Notes under the pieces: generated by a model
Told to the model about the DNA's origin: nothing
The model's input: only the letters and a program-made list of their open reading frames with translations
The model's database searches: none
Source: an uncultured delta proteobacterium
GTDB lineage: Bacteria; Desulfobacterota; Binatia; HRBIN30; BPIQ01
Reading direction: 5' to 3'
NCBI GenBank assembly: GCA_963761335.1
Contig: CAVXGR010000015.1
Span: 320,001 to 384,000, forward strand
Length of the DNA stretch: 64,000 nucleotides
Part shown: piece by piece, positions 20,206 through 29,856 of the stretch
Numbering within the stretch: the stretch's first letter is position 1
Layout: each line of letters starts with the position of its first letter
Position numbers and translations under genes: made by a program

Positions 20206-21231
20206 TCAGTTGAGTCCGATGGCGCGGTCCTGCTCTTCCGGATCGAAGTCCTCGAACTGGATGATCTCGAGTCGTTCGAAGGCCTGGCGGACGCGCGGCG
20301 TGAGCAGGCCGAGGCGCTTGATGTTGGGAACGACGCGGGCGAAGAGGGCCTGGCGGAACATCTTCATGACCGGCGAGGCGAGGACGACCTGGCGCACCTC
20401 TTCCCGGTCGAAGCCCATGTAGGCGCCGATCTCCTCGGCGATCAACCGATCGCGCATCAGCTCACAGGCCTCGATGACGAAGTCCTCGCGGACGCGCCGC
20501 TCGTTGTCGGGCATGTCGGTGTAGTAGTCCTTGAGCGAGATGACGCCGAAAGCGACGTGGCGCGACTCGTCCTTCATGACGTAGTGCACCAGGTTCTTCA
20601 CCAGCGGCTCCTGCGCCATCTGGTACATGTTGGCGAAGGCCGCCATGGCCAGCCCCTCGACGAGGATCTGCATACCCAGGTATTTGAAGTCCCAGCGCCG
20701 ATCGCAGATGATGATGTCGAGCAGCTTCTTCAGGTTGACGTTGATCGGCCACTCCCACTCGAGCTTCTCGCGCAGGTAGCGGCTGAAGACCTCGACGTGG
20801 CGCGCCTCGTCCATCGTCTGCGTGGCGGCGTAGTACTTGGCGTCGATCCACGGCACCGCGCCGGCCAGCTGCGAGGCGACGATCAGCGCTCCCTGCTCGC
20901 CGTGCATGAACTGCGACAGCTGCCAGGCCATGGTGGCGTGGCGGAAGTGGGCGACCTCCGTGGCGTTGAGCTTCTTGAAGGGACCGTACTCCTCGAGCGG
21001 ATTGTAAGCCTGCGGAATGATCTCCCCTTCGGGGTCGACCGGGATGCTCCAGTCGAGCTGTACGGAGCCGTTCCACTGCTCGCGTTTGGCCTTCTCGTAC
21101 AGGTCGCGCAGCCCCGCCTTGACACTGCCGTAGTTCCACGCGTAGCTGGTGTCGAACGACGTCAGGATGGTTTCGAGCTCGGCGTCGACGTGACCGACCC
21201 GTTTCCCGGTTACCGCGCTGGCGGTGGCCAT
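20206..21231 (-). CDS. Ferritin-like diiron protein (paralogue of 15824-16924)
   Basis: SD GAGGAGG. HGEQGAL, DAKYYAATQTMDEARHVEVF, DESRH. Confidence 0.85.
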   Translation of the reverse strand: MATASAVTGKRVGHVDAELETILTSFDTSYAWNYGSVKAGLRDLYEKAKREQWNGSVQLDWSIPVDPEGEIIPQAYNPLEEYGPFKKLNATEVAHFRHATMAWQLSQFMHGEQGALIVASQLAGAVPWIDAKYYAATQTMDEARHVEVFSRYLREKLEWEWPINVNLKKLLDIIICDRRWDFKYLGMQILVEGLAMAAFANMYQMAQEPLVKNLVHYVMKDESRHVAFGVISLKDYYTDMPDNERRVREDFVIEACELMRDRLIAEEIGAYMGFDREEVRQVVLASPVMKMFRQALFARVVPNIKRLGLLTPRVRQAFERLEIIQFEDFDPEEQDRAIGLN

Positions 21232-21319
21232 GGGTTCTTCCCTCCTCGCCCCGTGGGGCCTCTCGGCAATTTGTGCGACGGTAATCTGCCACCGTGCTCC
21301 AGTCAATTGAAGGACCTCT

Positions 21320-21409
21320 TGGAGTGCGGGAGCTTGCTCCCGCTTTTGCCCGCTCTCGGCCGCCCGTCTCTCTCGCCGGGCAAAAGCGGCGGCAAGCCAC
21401 CGCACTCCA
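21320..21409. repeat. REP-like inverted pair (GGAGTGCGG..AGCTTGCT..CGCTTT family)
   Basis: TGGAGTGCGGGAGCTTGCTCCCGCTTT ... AAAGCGGCGGCAAGCCACCGCACTCCA. Confidence 0.7.
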
Positions 21410-21456
21410 CACTATTGCCCTGCTCCGACTCCGAAAGGCAAAAGTAGCCTGTCCCC

Positions 21457-23985
21457 ATGACCTCCATGACCCCGCTGCCGATCGATCCCCTGCTGCCGCA
21501 GATCGCTGCGCAGCTGGCGCGCGCGCCGCGCCTGGTGCTGCGCGCCGAGCCGGGAGCGGGCAAGACGACGCGGGTGCCGGCGGCGTTGCTCGATGCCGGT
21601 CTGGCAAACGGCAGACAGGTGCTGGTTCTCGAGCCGCGCCGTATCGCCGCCCGCGCCGCGGCCGAGTTCGTGGCCCGCGAGCGCCGCGGCAGCGTCGGCG
21701 GCGAGGTCGGTTACCGGGTCCGCTTCGAGCAACGCGGCGGTCCGCGCACGCGCCTGTGGTTCCTCACCGAGGGCATCCTCGGCCGCCAGCTGGCGCGCGA
21801 TCCGTTTCTGGAAGCGGCCGGCGTCGTCGTCCTCGACGAGTTCCACGAGCGGCATTTGCAGGGGGACGTCGCCCTGGCGGTGATCCGCGAGCTGCAGGAG
21901 AGCGTGCGTCCCGACCTCAAGCTGGTGGTGATGTCGGCGACTCTCGACACCGAGCGCCTCAGCCGCTACCTGGGCGATTGCCCGGTGTTGACCTCCACGG
22001 GGCGCGCCCATCCAGTCGCGGTCGAGTATGCCCGCGAGGCGGCGGCGCGGCCGCTGCCGGCGCGGGTCGCCGCCGCGGCTCGCGGCCTTCTCGAGAATCC
22101 CGGCGAAGGCGACGTGCTCGTCTTTCTGCCGGGAGCCGCGGAGATCCGCCGCACGGCCGAGGCCCTGGAGCCGATGGCGGAGCGCTTCGCCGTGGACGTC
22201 GTGCCGCTGCACGGCGATCTGCCCCTGGAGGCACAGCAGCGCGCCATCCGGCGAGGTCCCCGCCGGCGGGTGGTGCTGGCGACCAACGTCGCGGAGACGG
22301 CGCTGACCGTCGAGGGCGTCACCGCAGTCATCGACTCGGGGCTGGCGCGGCTGGCGCGCTTCGACCCGCGGCACGGCATCAACTCCCTGCGTCTGGCGCC
22401 CATCAGCCGCGCCGCGGCGGCGCAGCGCGCCGGGCGCGCCGGACGGACGGCACCGGGCCGCTGCCTGCGCCTGTGGACGGAAGCGGAGCAGGCGCATCGC
22501 CGCGACTTCGAGACGCCGGAGATCCTGCGGCTCGATCTGTGCAGCACTGTGCTCGAGCTGCGCGCCTGGGGTCTCCGCGATCCCGCCCGCTTCGCCTGGC
22601 TCGATGCGCCGCCGGAGTCGTCGCTGCGGCGGGCCGAGGATCTGCTGCTGCAGCTCGGCGCCATCGCCGAGCTCGGCGGCCCGCTCACTGATCTCGGCGG
22701 CGCCTTGCTGGCCCTTCCCGTGCACCCGCGCCTGGGACGGATTCTCGTCGAAGCCCAACGGCGTGGCTGCCACCGTGCGGGGGCCCTGATGGCGGCGCTC
22801 GCCTCCGAGCGCGACATTCTCCTGGAGCAACGGGCGCTGGCCGCCACCCCGACCAGCCGCTGGCCGGCGGGGCCGTCGGATCTCCTCCTGCGCATGCAGC
22901 TGTTCGAGGAGGTGGAGCGGCGCGGCTTCGGCGCCTCGACCTGCAGCTCTCTGGGCATCGAGGCGCGGGCGGCGCGCGCCGTGCGCCGCGCCCGCCTGCA
23001 GCTCGAGCGGCTCGGCCGCGGCGGCGAGCCCGGCGACGGCGGCGACGACGAGGCCTTGCGGCGCTGCGTGCTCGCCGGCTTCCCCGACCGCGTCGTGCGG
23101 CGGCGGCAGCCGGGGTCGCCGCGGGGGCTCATGGTCGGTGGCACCGGGGTGGTGCTGAGCGAGGCGAGCGTGGTGCGCGAGGAAGAGCTGTTTGTCGCCG
23201 TCGACCTCGAGGCCCGCGCCGGCCAGCTGGCCGAGGCGCGGGTGCATCTGGCCAGCGGCATCCGCCGCGAGTGGCTCGCTGAGATGCCCGCGTCCGTGCA
23301 CCAGGTGCACGAGCTCGTCTTCGACCCGCAAGGCGAGCGGGTGGTGGAGCGGATGCGCACGCTCTTCCGTGATCTCACTCTCGACGAGCGCGTCGCCACC
23401 GCCGTCGATCGGGGACGCGCTGGGGAGATCCTCGCCGCCGCGGCACGGCGCGACCCGGAGACGGCCGCGGCCTTCGGCGAGGCGGAGCGCTCCCTGGTGG
23501 AGCGCGTCCGTTTCCTGCAGCGCTGGATGCCGGAGCTCGAGTGGCCGCCGGAGGTGAGCGGGCTGGTGGCCGATACGGTGGCCTCGCTGTGCGCCGGGCG
23601 CCTCAGCTTCGCCGAGCTGCGCCGCGCCGATCTGGGGGCGGCGCTGCGCGGTGCCTTGACGCAGCGCCAGCGCGCCGCCCTGGAGCGCCAGGCACCGTCG
23701 CGGCTGGCGCTCCCCCGCGGCCGCAGCGCCGCCGTGCACTACGAGCGCGACAAGCCGCCCTGGCTGGCGGCGCGCATCCAGGACCTGTTCGGTCTCGAGA
23801 GCTCGCCGCGACTGGCGGCCGGGCGTGTGCCGCTGGTGGTCCAGTTGCTGGCCCCGAGCCAGCGGCCGGTGCAGATCACCGACGATCTGCAGAGCTTCTG
23901 GCGCAATACCTACGCCGAGGTGCGCAAGCAGCTCCGCGGCCGCTACCCGAAGCACGACTGGCCGGAGGATCCGCTGAAGAGATGA
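21457..23985 (+). CDS. hrpB: ATP-dependent helicase HrpB
   Basis: PGAGKTT, DEFHER, MSAT, ATNVAET, QRAGRAGR, C-terminal RGRYPKHDWP. Confidence 0.95.
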   Translation: MTSMTPLPIDPLLPQIAAQLARAPRLVLRAEPGAGKTTRVPAALLDAGLANGRQVLVLEPRRIAARAAAEFVARERRGSVGGEVGYRVRFEQRGGPRTRLWFLTEGILGRQLARDPFLEAAGVVVLDEFHERHLQGDVALAVIRELQESVRPDLKLVVMSATLDTERLSRYLGDCPVLTSTGRAHPVAVEYAREAAARPLPARVAAAARGLLENPGEGDVLVFLPGAAEIRRTAEALEPMAERFAVDVVPLHGDLPLEAQQRAIRRGPRRRVVLATNVAETALTVEGVTAVIDSGLARLARFDPRHGINSLRLAPISRAAAAQRAGRAGRTAPGRCLRLWTEAEQAHRRDFETPEILRLDLCSTVLELRAWGLRDPARFAWLDAPPESSLRRAEDLLLQLGAIAELGGPLTDLGGALLALPVHPRLGRILVEAQRRGCHRAGALMAALASERDILLEQRALAATPTSRWPAGPSDLLLRMQLFEEVERRGFGASTCSSLGIEARAARAVRRARLQLERLGRGGEPGDGGDDEALRRCVLAGFPDRVVRRRQPGSPRGLMVGGTGVVLSEASVVREEELFVAVDLEARAGQLAEARVHLASGIRREWLAEMPASVHQVHELVFDPQGERVVERMRTLFRDLTLDERVATAVDRGRAGEILAAAARRDPETAAAFGEAERSLVERVRFLQRWMPELEWPPEVSGLVADTVASLCAGRLSFAELRRADLGAALRGALTQRQRAALERQAPSRLALPRGRSAAVHYERDKPPWLAARIQDLFGLESSPRLAAGRVPLVVQLLAPSQRPVQITDDLQSFWRNTYAEVRKQLRGRYPKHDWPEDPLKR

Positions 23986-24081
23986 TCGGTTGTCGAGCTC
24001 TCGGGTTGGCAGCTCGAGCGCGCCAGTGGGAGCTCGAGAGCTCGTGAGCTCGAAAACCCGGGAGCTCGACAGCTCGGCAAC
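23986..24081. repeat. Degenerate 8-mer repeat cluster (GAGCTC-based, inverted)
   Basis: TTGTCGAGCTCTCGGGTT ... GAGCTCGAGAGCTCGTGAGCTCG ... GAGCTCGACAGCTCGGCAAC. Confidence 0.6.
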
Positions 24082-24143
24082 TGCGTTTCCTTGCGTCTGC
24101 GCCACTGTCCTGTAGGAATGGGATGCGTGGAGAGCAGGCTGTG

Positions 24144-26315
24144 ATGGAAGAATCGAGGGGCAACGATGGCGGGCGCGACATCGAGCGCGCCGTGGCAGAG
24201 CTCTGCGAGCGGCTGCCGGCGCCCTTGGCGCCGCTGGCGCGCCTGACATACAACTACCGCTGGTCGTGGATGGATGACGGCGCCACCGTCTTCCGCGATC
24301 TCTACCCGGGGGCGTGGCGCCGCAGCCGCTGCAATCCGCTCTACGTCCTCGAGGCCGTGCCCACCCGGCGGCTGAAGGAGATGGCAGCCGACGGCGAGTA
24401 CGTCGCCCGCATCGAGGCGATGGCGGCACGGCTCGAGGCCGATCTGCGGCGACCGGCGCTCGGCGCCGTGCCCGTCGGCGAGCCGGTGGCGTACTTCTGC
24501 TCCGAGTTCGGCGTGCACTGCTCGCTGCCCCTCTACGGCGGCGGTCTCGGCGTGCTCGCCGGCGATCTGGTGAAGGCGGCCTCCGACCTGGCGCTGCCGC
24601 TGGTCGGCGTGGGGCTTCTCTACCGCGAGGGGTACTTCCACCAGCGCTTCGACATCTCCGGCTGGCAGTACGAGTACTGGGTGGAGACTGACTTCGAGCG
24701 CCTGCCGGCCGTGCTGGTCACAGGCGGCGACCAGCTGCCGCTGACCGTCGAGGTGGTGATCCGCGATCGCGTCGTCAAGATCCAGGTGTGGCGCATCGAG
24801 GTGGGCCGGGTGCAGCTCTATCTCCTCGACACCGACCGCGAGGACAACAACCCGATCGATCGCTTCATCACCTCGCGCCTCTACGTCGGCGACCGACACA
24901 CGCGCCTGGCGCAGTACGCGGTGCTCGGCATCGGCGGTATGCGCGCCCTGACGCAGATGGGCATCCGCCCGTCGCTGCTCCATCTGAACGAGGGGCACGC
25001 GGCCCTCAGCAGTCTCGAGCGCCTGCGCGTCATGATGAATGCCGGCAAGTCTTTCGAGGAGGCGCTCGCGGCGGTGCGGCGGCAGACCGTGTTCACGACC
25101 CACACGCCCGTGCCCGCGGGCAACGAGGGCTACAGCCGCGAGGAGATCGAGCCGGTTCTCGGGAATTTCCTCGACTCGCTGAAGATTCCGCGCCTGACGT
25201 TCTACAACCTCGGCCGACTGGCTCCGGGCAACGAGCAGGAGCCCGCCAGCATCACGCCGCTGGCCCTGCGCACCAGCCGCGCCTCCAACGGCGTGTCGCG
25301 CCGCCACGGCGAGGTGGCTCGCGCCATGTGGCAGCCTCTCTGGCGCCACACCCCGGTCGAGCAGGTGCCGATCTCGCACGTGACCAATGGCGTGCACGTG
25401 AACACCTGGATGGCGCCGCCGATGCAGCGGCTTCTCGATTGCCATCTGGGAGAGAGCTGGCGGGATCGGGTGACCCAGTCCGACATCTGGAAACGCATCG
25501 ATCAGATACCCGACGAGGAGCTGTGGCAGGTGCGCGGCGAGATGCGCGAACGGCTGGTTTCCTACATCCGCGAGCGCTCGATCCGCGATCGCATCGGCCG
25601 CGGCGAGGCCCCCCAGTACGTCGAGGCGGCGGCGCGCGTCTTCGAAGCCAACGTGCTGACAATCGGCTTCGCCCGGCGCGCCGCCACCTACAAGCGGCTC
25701 TACCTCCTCACCCGCCATCCGGAGCGCGGACTCCCCCTCCTGAGCGATGGGCCGCGCCCGGTGCAGGTGATCGTCGCCGGCAAGGCGCACCCGCAGGACA
25801 ACGAGGCCAAGGAGACGCTGCGCAGCATCTTCTCGCTGCGCGCCAATACGGACGTGTCGCGACGCGCCGCCTTCGCCGAGGACTACGACCTGCACATGGC
25901 GCCGCGCATCGTCTCCGGTGTGGATCTGTGGCTGAACCTGCCGCGTCCGCCGCTCGAAGCCAGCGGTACCAGCGGCATGAAGGTGAGCCTCAACGGCGGC
26001 CTGAACCTGAGTGTCCTCGACGGCTGGTGGGCGGAGGCCTACGACGGCTCCAACGGCTGGGCGATCGCCTCTCCGGAAGCGGATCCGGCGACTCAGGACG
26101 ACCACGACGCTCATGCGCTCTTCGACCTCTTGGAGAAGGAGGTCATCCCGCTCTTCTACGAGCGCGACGAAGCCGGCCTGCCGCGCCGCTGGCTGCGGCG
26201 GGTGAAGGCGTCGATGCGAACCCTCATCCCGCAGTTCACGGCCCGCCGCATGCTGCAGGACTACGTCGACACCATGTACACCCCATCGTCGTCGTCGCCT
26301 CCTCCGGATCTGTGA
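24144..26315 (+). CDS. glgP: Alpha-glucan (glycogen/starch) phosphorylase
   Basis: YGGGLGVLAGD, HLNEGH, PLP motif EASGTSGMK. Confidence 0.95.
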   Translation: MEESRGNDGGRDIERAVAELCERLPAPLAPLARLTYNYRWSWMDDGATVFRDLYPGAWRRSRCNPLYVLEAVPTRRLKEMAADGEYVARIEAMAARLEADLRRPALGAVPVGEPVAYFCSEFGVHCSLPLYGGGLGVLAGDLVKAASDLALPLVGVGLLYREGYFHQRFDISGWQYEYWVETDFERLPAVLVTGGDQLPLTVEVVIRDRVVKIQVWRIEVGRVQLYLLDTDREDNNPIDRFITSRLYVGDRHTRLAQYAVLGIGGMRALTQMGIRPSLLHLNEGHAALSSLERLRVMMNAGKSFEEALAAVRRQTVFTTHTPVPAGNEGYSREEIEPVLGNFLDSLKIPRLTFYNLGRLAPGNEQEPASITPLALRTSRASNGVSRRHGEVARAMWQPLWRHTPVEQVPISHVTNGVHVNTWMAPPMQRLLDCHLGESWRDRVTQSDIWKRIDQIPDEELWQVRGEMRERLVSYIRERSIRDRIGRGEAPQYVEAAARVFEANVLTIGFARRAATYKRLYLLTRHPERGLPLLSDGPRPVQVIVAGKAHPQDNEAKETLRSIFSLRANTDVSRRAAFAEDYDLHMAPRIVSGVDLWLNLPRPPLEASGTSGMKVSLNGGLNLSVLDGWWAEAYDGSNGWAIASPEADPATQDDHDAHALFDLLEKEVIPLFYERDEAGLPRRWLRRVKASMRTLIPQFTARRMLQDYVDTMYTPSSSSPPPDL

Positions 26316-26370
26316 GCGGGCCCGATCATCTGGTAGTGCGTCAGTTTGATTCCGACGCACAGGCACCAGG

Positions 26371-26513
26371 TCCCTCTCCCCGCATTTCTCCGCGGGGAGA
26401 GGTCAGGTGAGGGGTCCCTTTTTTCACTGAAAGCTCGTTGTTATCCGCGCACCTTCAAAGAAGATCGGCACCCTCACCCCTGCCCCTCTCCCGCGGGCAA
26501 TGCGGGAGAGGGA
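26371..26513. repeat. REP-like inverted pair (CCCTCACCC/CCCTCTCCC..GGGAGAGGG family)
   Basis: TCCCTCTCCCCGC..GCGGGGAGAGGTCAGGTGAGGGG and CCCTCACCCCTGCCCCTCTCCCGC..GCGGGAGAGGGA, between convergent genes. Confidence 0.7.
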
Positions 26514-26583
26514 GACATCAAACGGCCCGAAATGAATTGAGGCACTACCGAGCATCTCGACGCCTTGCCGTCGAGGGCGGCGC

Positions 26584-27082
26584 TCAGAGCAAGGGAGAAC
26601 GACAGAACGCCGCGGCGATTGCCTGCGCCGACTCCGGCTCGATCAGCGCCGTGAGTGCCTCGTAGCCGCCGGCAGCGACGGCGGCCGGCGGTACGAGATA
26701 GCCGAGATAGTCGTTGGCATAGCCGGCGAGCAGCGACGGTCGCGGTCGCGCCGCGCGCATCGCGGCTCCGGCAGAGGAGAACACCTCGCCGGGAACGGCG
26801 AGAATCTCGGCGGCACCGCAGCGCAGCACCTGTATCACGGCGCTCTCTGGAGGAGCGCCGAGAATCTCCCCGATGCCGCCCGTGGCCAGAAAGAGCTGCG
26901 CCATGGCTCCTTCGAGATGGGAGGCGATCAGGCGCAGCTGCGGCGCCGGCAGCGCCGCCGCCTGTGCCTCCTGGAAGCGGGCCGCCGCCGCCGCGACCAG
27001 GCGCTGCGCCTCCGCCGCGTCCGGGAACTGCCGCGGCCGCACCGCAACCTCGACAACGCGCGCCCCGATCGTGTCTCCGACC
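26584..27082 (-). pseudogene. C-terminal fragment of a neutral-ceramidase-like protein, no start of its own
   Basis: IQVLRCG..ILAVPGEVF..LAGYANDYLGYL..GGYE motif; 5' end fused out of frame to the BadF gene. Confidence 0.6.
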
Positions 27083-27805
27083 GAGGCGCTCGGCGGCGGC
27101 GGCGACGATCTGCCCGGCGACGGGGTCACCTGCCGCGGCGGTCTCCGTGACCCGCGCCGCCAGGGAGGCGAGGCGCTCGCGACTCAGCGGCTCGCCGTAG
27201 ACGAGGACGGCGATCTCCAGAGCGCTGCCGACTCCGAGCGCGGCGGCGAGTGCGGCGCTCAGCGCCGTCGGCTCGCCGCGGCCGTCGGCGGCGCGCGCTA
27301 CGGCGCGCAGGGCGCGGCTGGCGATGTCGTAGGCGCTGCCTTCGTCACCCATGATGTGGCCCCAGCCATCGACCTGACAGCTGTCGCCGCTAGCGTTGCG
27401 GGCATAGCAGACGGCGCCGGTGCCGGCGCTGACCACGGCGCCGACCGGCGCCCGCAAAGCTCCCCAGAAGCCGGCGACCATGTCCCCGACAGCGCGGACC
27501 TCCGCCGCCTCGGGGAGCAGCTCGGCCAGAAGTGACTCGACCACCTGGCGCCCTTCGCCGTGCGCTCCGACTCCCGAGCTGCCGACGGTCACCATGCGCA
27601 GCCCGCCGCGATCGACGGCGGCGGCGCGGAGGCTCTCCGACACCGCCTGAGACAGCGAGGCGCGCGCCGTGTTCCAGCCGGCGAGGATGTGGTTCGCGGG
27701 ACCGCCACGCCCGCTGCCGAGGACGTGCCCTCCGGCATCGGCGACCAGGCTGCGGCAGCCCGAGCCGCCGGCGTCGATTGCCAGAATGAGGGGCAGCGAG
27801 GACAT
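27083..27805 (-). pseudogene. BadF/BadG/BcrA/BcrD (GlcNAc-kinase-like) ATPase, 3'-truncated
   Basis: AIDAGGS, SAGTG, DGWGHIMGDEGSAY. Homology-like sequence ends after AAAERL at about 240 aa. Confidence 0.7.
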
Positions 27806-27880
27806 TCCGGTCGGACCTCTACGCCAGGGGCCGCGGCGGCACAACTCGCTCTGCGCGGCATTGTTTGCTACTGAGCGGCG

Positions 27881-28312
27881 ATGAAGCGAAGCGTGTGGGC
27901 CATCGCCCTGGCTATCGGCTGCGCCGGCTGTCTGGCCGATACGGCAATGCGCAACGCGCCGGAGGGGCCGGTGCCGTACCGGGTCGGCTTCACCGACGGC
28001 TGCTGGAGCGGTCGCTACGACGCCCGCGGCTACGGCCACCGGGATCTCGATCGCTCCCGCTACCGGGTCGACGATCTCTACCGCAAGGGTTGGAACGACG
28101 GCTACGAGAAGTGCTACCGCGACGAGACGGCGAAGCCGCCGCCGGCGTTGGTCCAGCCGCCGACGCCGGAGCCGACGCCGAGACCGATTGCCGAGGGCCC
28201 TGCCACCAGCGCCGCCGAGGAGCGCCAGGCGATCCAGCGCCGCATCAAGGAGCTCGAGGAGGAGATCTCCGGGCTGCGCACCCGGCTTCGTCAGCTCCCC
28301 GCCGAGCCGTAG
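27881..28312 (+). CDS. Putative lipoprotein with Pro-rich linker and coiled coil
   Basis: Signal peptide with lipobox-like AGC; GFTDG / GWNDGY repeats. Confidence 0.65.
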   Translation: MKRSVWAIALAIGCAGCLADTAMRNAPEGPVPYRVGFTDGCWSGRYDARGYGHRDLDRSRYRVDDLYRKGWNDGYEKCYRDETAKPPPALVQPPTPEPTPRPIAEGPATSAAEERQAIQRRIKELEEEISGLRTRLRQLPAEP

Positions 28313-28403
28313 GCGGCGGCTCTGCGGACCGCGGCCAACCTGCTATGATCGGCTCCGGCTGTAACAGGGCAGCCCGAAGACCCCCCCACTCGACGACAGT
28401 GTC

Positions 28404-29405
28404 ATGATCGCCATCCTCTACGGCGCCGACTTTGCGCCCTTCGTCGAGCCGATTGCGCGCGACCTCTGCGCCGCCGGCGCCGCTCTGGGTGTGGATTTCC
28501 TACCGCTGACCCTGGAGCGCGCCGTGCGGCATCCGGCGCGCGCGGCGCAGGTGCAACGGCTCTACGTCTTGCCGTTCGAGCTACCGGCGGGGGAGTCGGC
28601 GCGCCCGAAGGCGTTCGTGCGCCGACTCTTCGCCAACGCCGAGGTGGTGAACTCGATGGAGGCGCACGAGCTCTGTTGGGACAAGCTCACGGCGATGCAG
28701 CGCCTGGTCGGTCGCGGCATTCCGGTGCCCGAGAGCATCTACACCAGCTCCGCCGACGAGGTGCGGGAGTTTCTCGCCGCGCACCGCTTCGCGATTCTCA
28801 AGGAGCGGCGCGCCTGCGGAGGGCAGGGGCACGTGGTGCTCTGTGACGGCGACGAGGTGCTGGTGGGGGAGAGCGGTGGTCGCCGCTTCGTGGTCGAGCT
28901 CGCCGATGAGGAAGCACCGCGCCGGTTGCGCCAGGGCGTGCTGACCTACCCGGCCCCCTACTATGTGCAGCGGCTGATCGGCGACACCACCGCCGCGGGG
29001 GGCTTCCGCCCCGGGCAGCTGCTGCGCGCCTATGTGGTCGACGGGCAGATCGCCTTCTGGACGGAGCGCTACCGCGAGCGCTATCGGCGCGCTTCCGATT
29101 GGGTCGTCAACGTCGGCTTCGGAGCGCGGTATCGCTTCGTTCTCGAGACCAGTCAGGAGATTCGCAAGATCGCCCTGCGCACCGCGGACGTCCTCGGTGT
29201 GCGCGTCGGCGCCGTCGATCTGGTGCGCACCGGCAGCTCCGGGCCGTACGTGCTGGAGGCCGACACCGACGGCTATCACATGTACATCGATCGGACCTTC
29301 AAGCAGATTCCCGACTACCGCGACGTCTTCGACCTCGACCGCTTCATCGCCGCCGCCATCGCCGCGGAGGAGAACCGCGGCATTAGCGCCACGCGCTTCT
29401 CCTGA
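28404..29405 (+). CDS. RimK-like ATP-grasp protein
   Basis: CWDKL..GIPVP, GGQG, VVNVGFG, GAVDL..YVLE. Confidence 0.75.
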   Translation: MIAILYGADFAPFVEPIARDLCAAGAALGVDFLPLTLERAVRHPARAAQVQRLYVLPFELPAGESARPKAFVRRLFANAEVVNSMEAHELCWDKLTAMQRLVGRGIPVPESIYTSSADEVREFLAAHRFAILKERRACGGQGHVVLCDGDEVLVGESGGRRFVVELADEEAPRRLRQGVLTYPAPYYVQRLIGDTTAAGGFRPGQLLRAYVVDGQIAFWTERYRERYRRASDWVVNVGFGARYRFVLETSQEIRKIALRTADVLGVRVGAVDLVRTGSSGPYVLEADTDGYHMYIDRTFKQIPDYRDVFDLDRFIAAAIAAEENRGISATRFS

Positions 29406-29553
29406 GGGCGCTGGGGACAGTGCATCATGAGCCTTGCGGCTCACCAGTAGACGATGAAAATGAGGCCGGGGATCTGCCCCGGCAAGAGATTTGGAGGTTA
29501 TCGCCTGGGCGAAGTTCGCCCCGGAGGGGAGGTGGCGTGTAGCCCCGGGTGAA

Positions 29554-29675
29554 GAGGCTGTCTCAAACCTAGTGTAGAAGCGCCGTCCCGGCGCTTTCCG
29601 AAGCGGCGAGACGCCGCTTCTACTGGGCCCGGGAGCCGGCGAAAGTCGTCTTGCAAGGGTTTTTGAGACAGCCTC
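29554..29675. mobile_element. MITE (122 bp), TIR GAGGCTGTCTCAAA, GTAG-REP cargo, inserted in the loop of a REP hairpin
   Basis: Perfect 14-bp TIRs. Internal GTAGAAGCG..CGCTTCTAC. Flanks GTAGCCCCGGGT / ATCCGGGG. Confidence 0.8.
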
Positions 29676-29856
29676 GAAATCCGGGGAAGAATGCGCGCTC
29701 CGTCATACGCGCCCCTCCGGGGCGATAAGCTCCACGCCAAGCGCGGGGGCTCCGCCAGACCTTCACCTAAGACATTTCCGAAGGAGTGCTACTCTTGCGG
29801 GCGGAACTGTTGCTTTCTTCCGTTTTCGAGGGGCAAGAGTAGCCTGTCCCCTTCAA

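Noticed and set aside
21412..26366. Very long antisense ORFs (for example 1005 aa and 807 aa) opposite hrpB and glgP, and similar ones elsewhere
   Set aside because: Shadow ORFs expected in high-GC DNA; no motifs, and they fully overlap well-supported genes.
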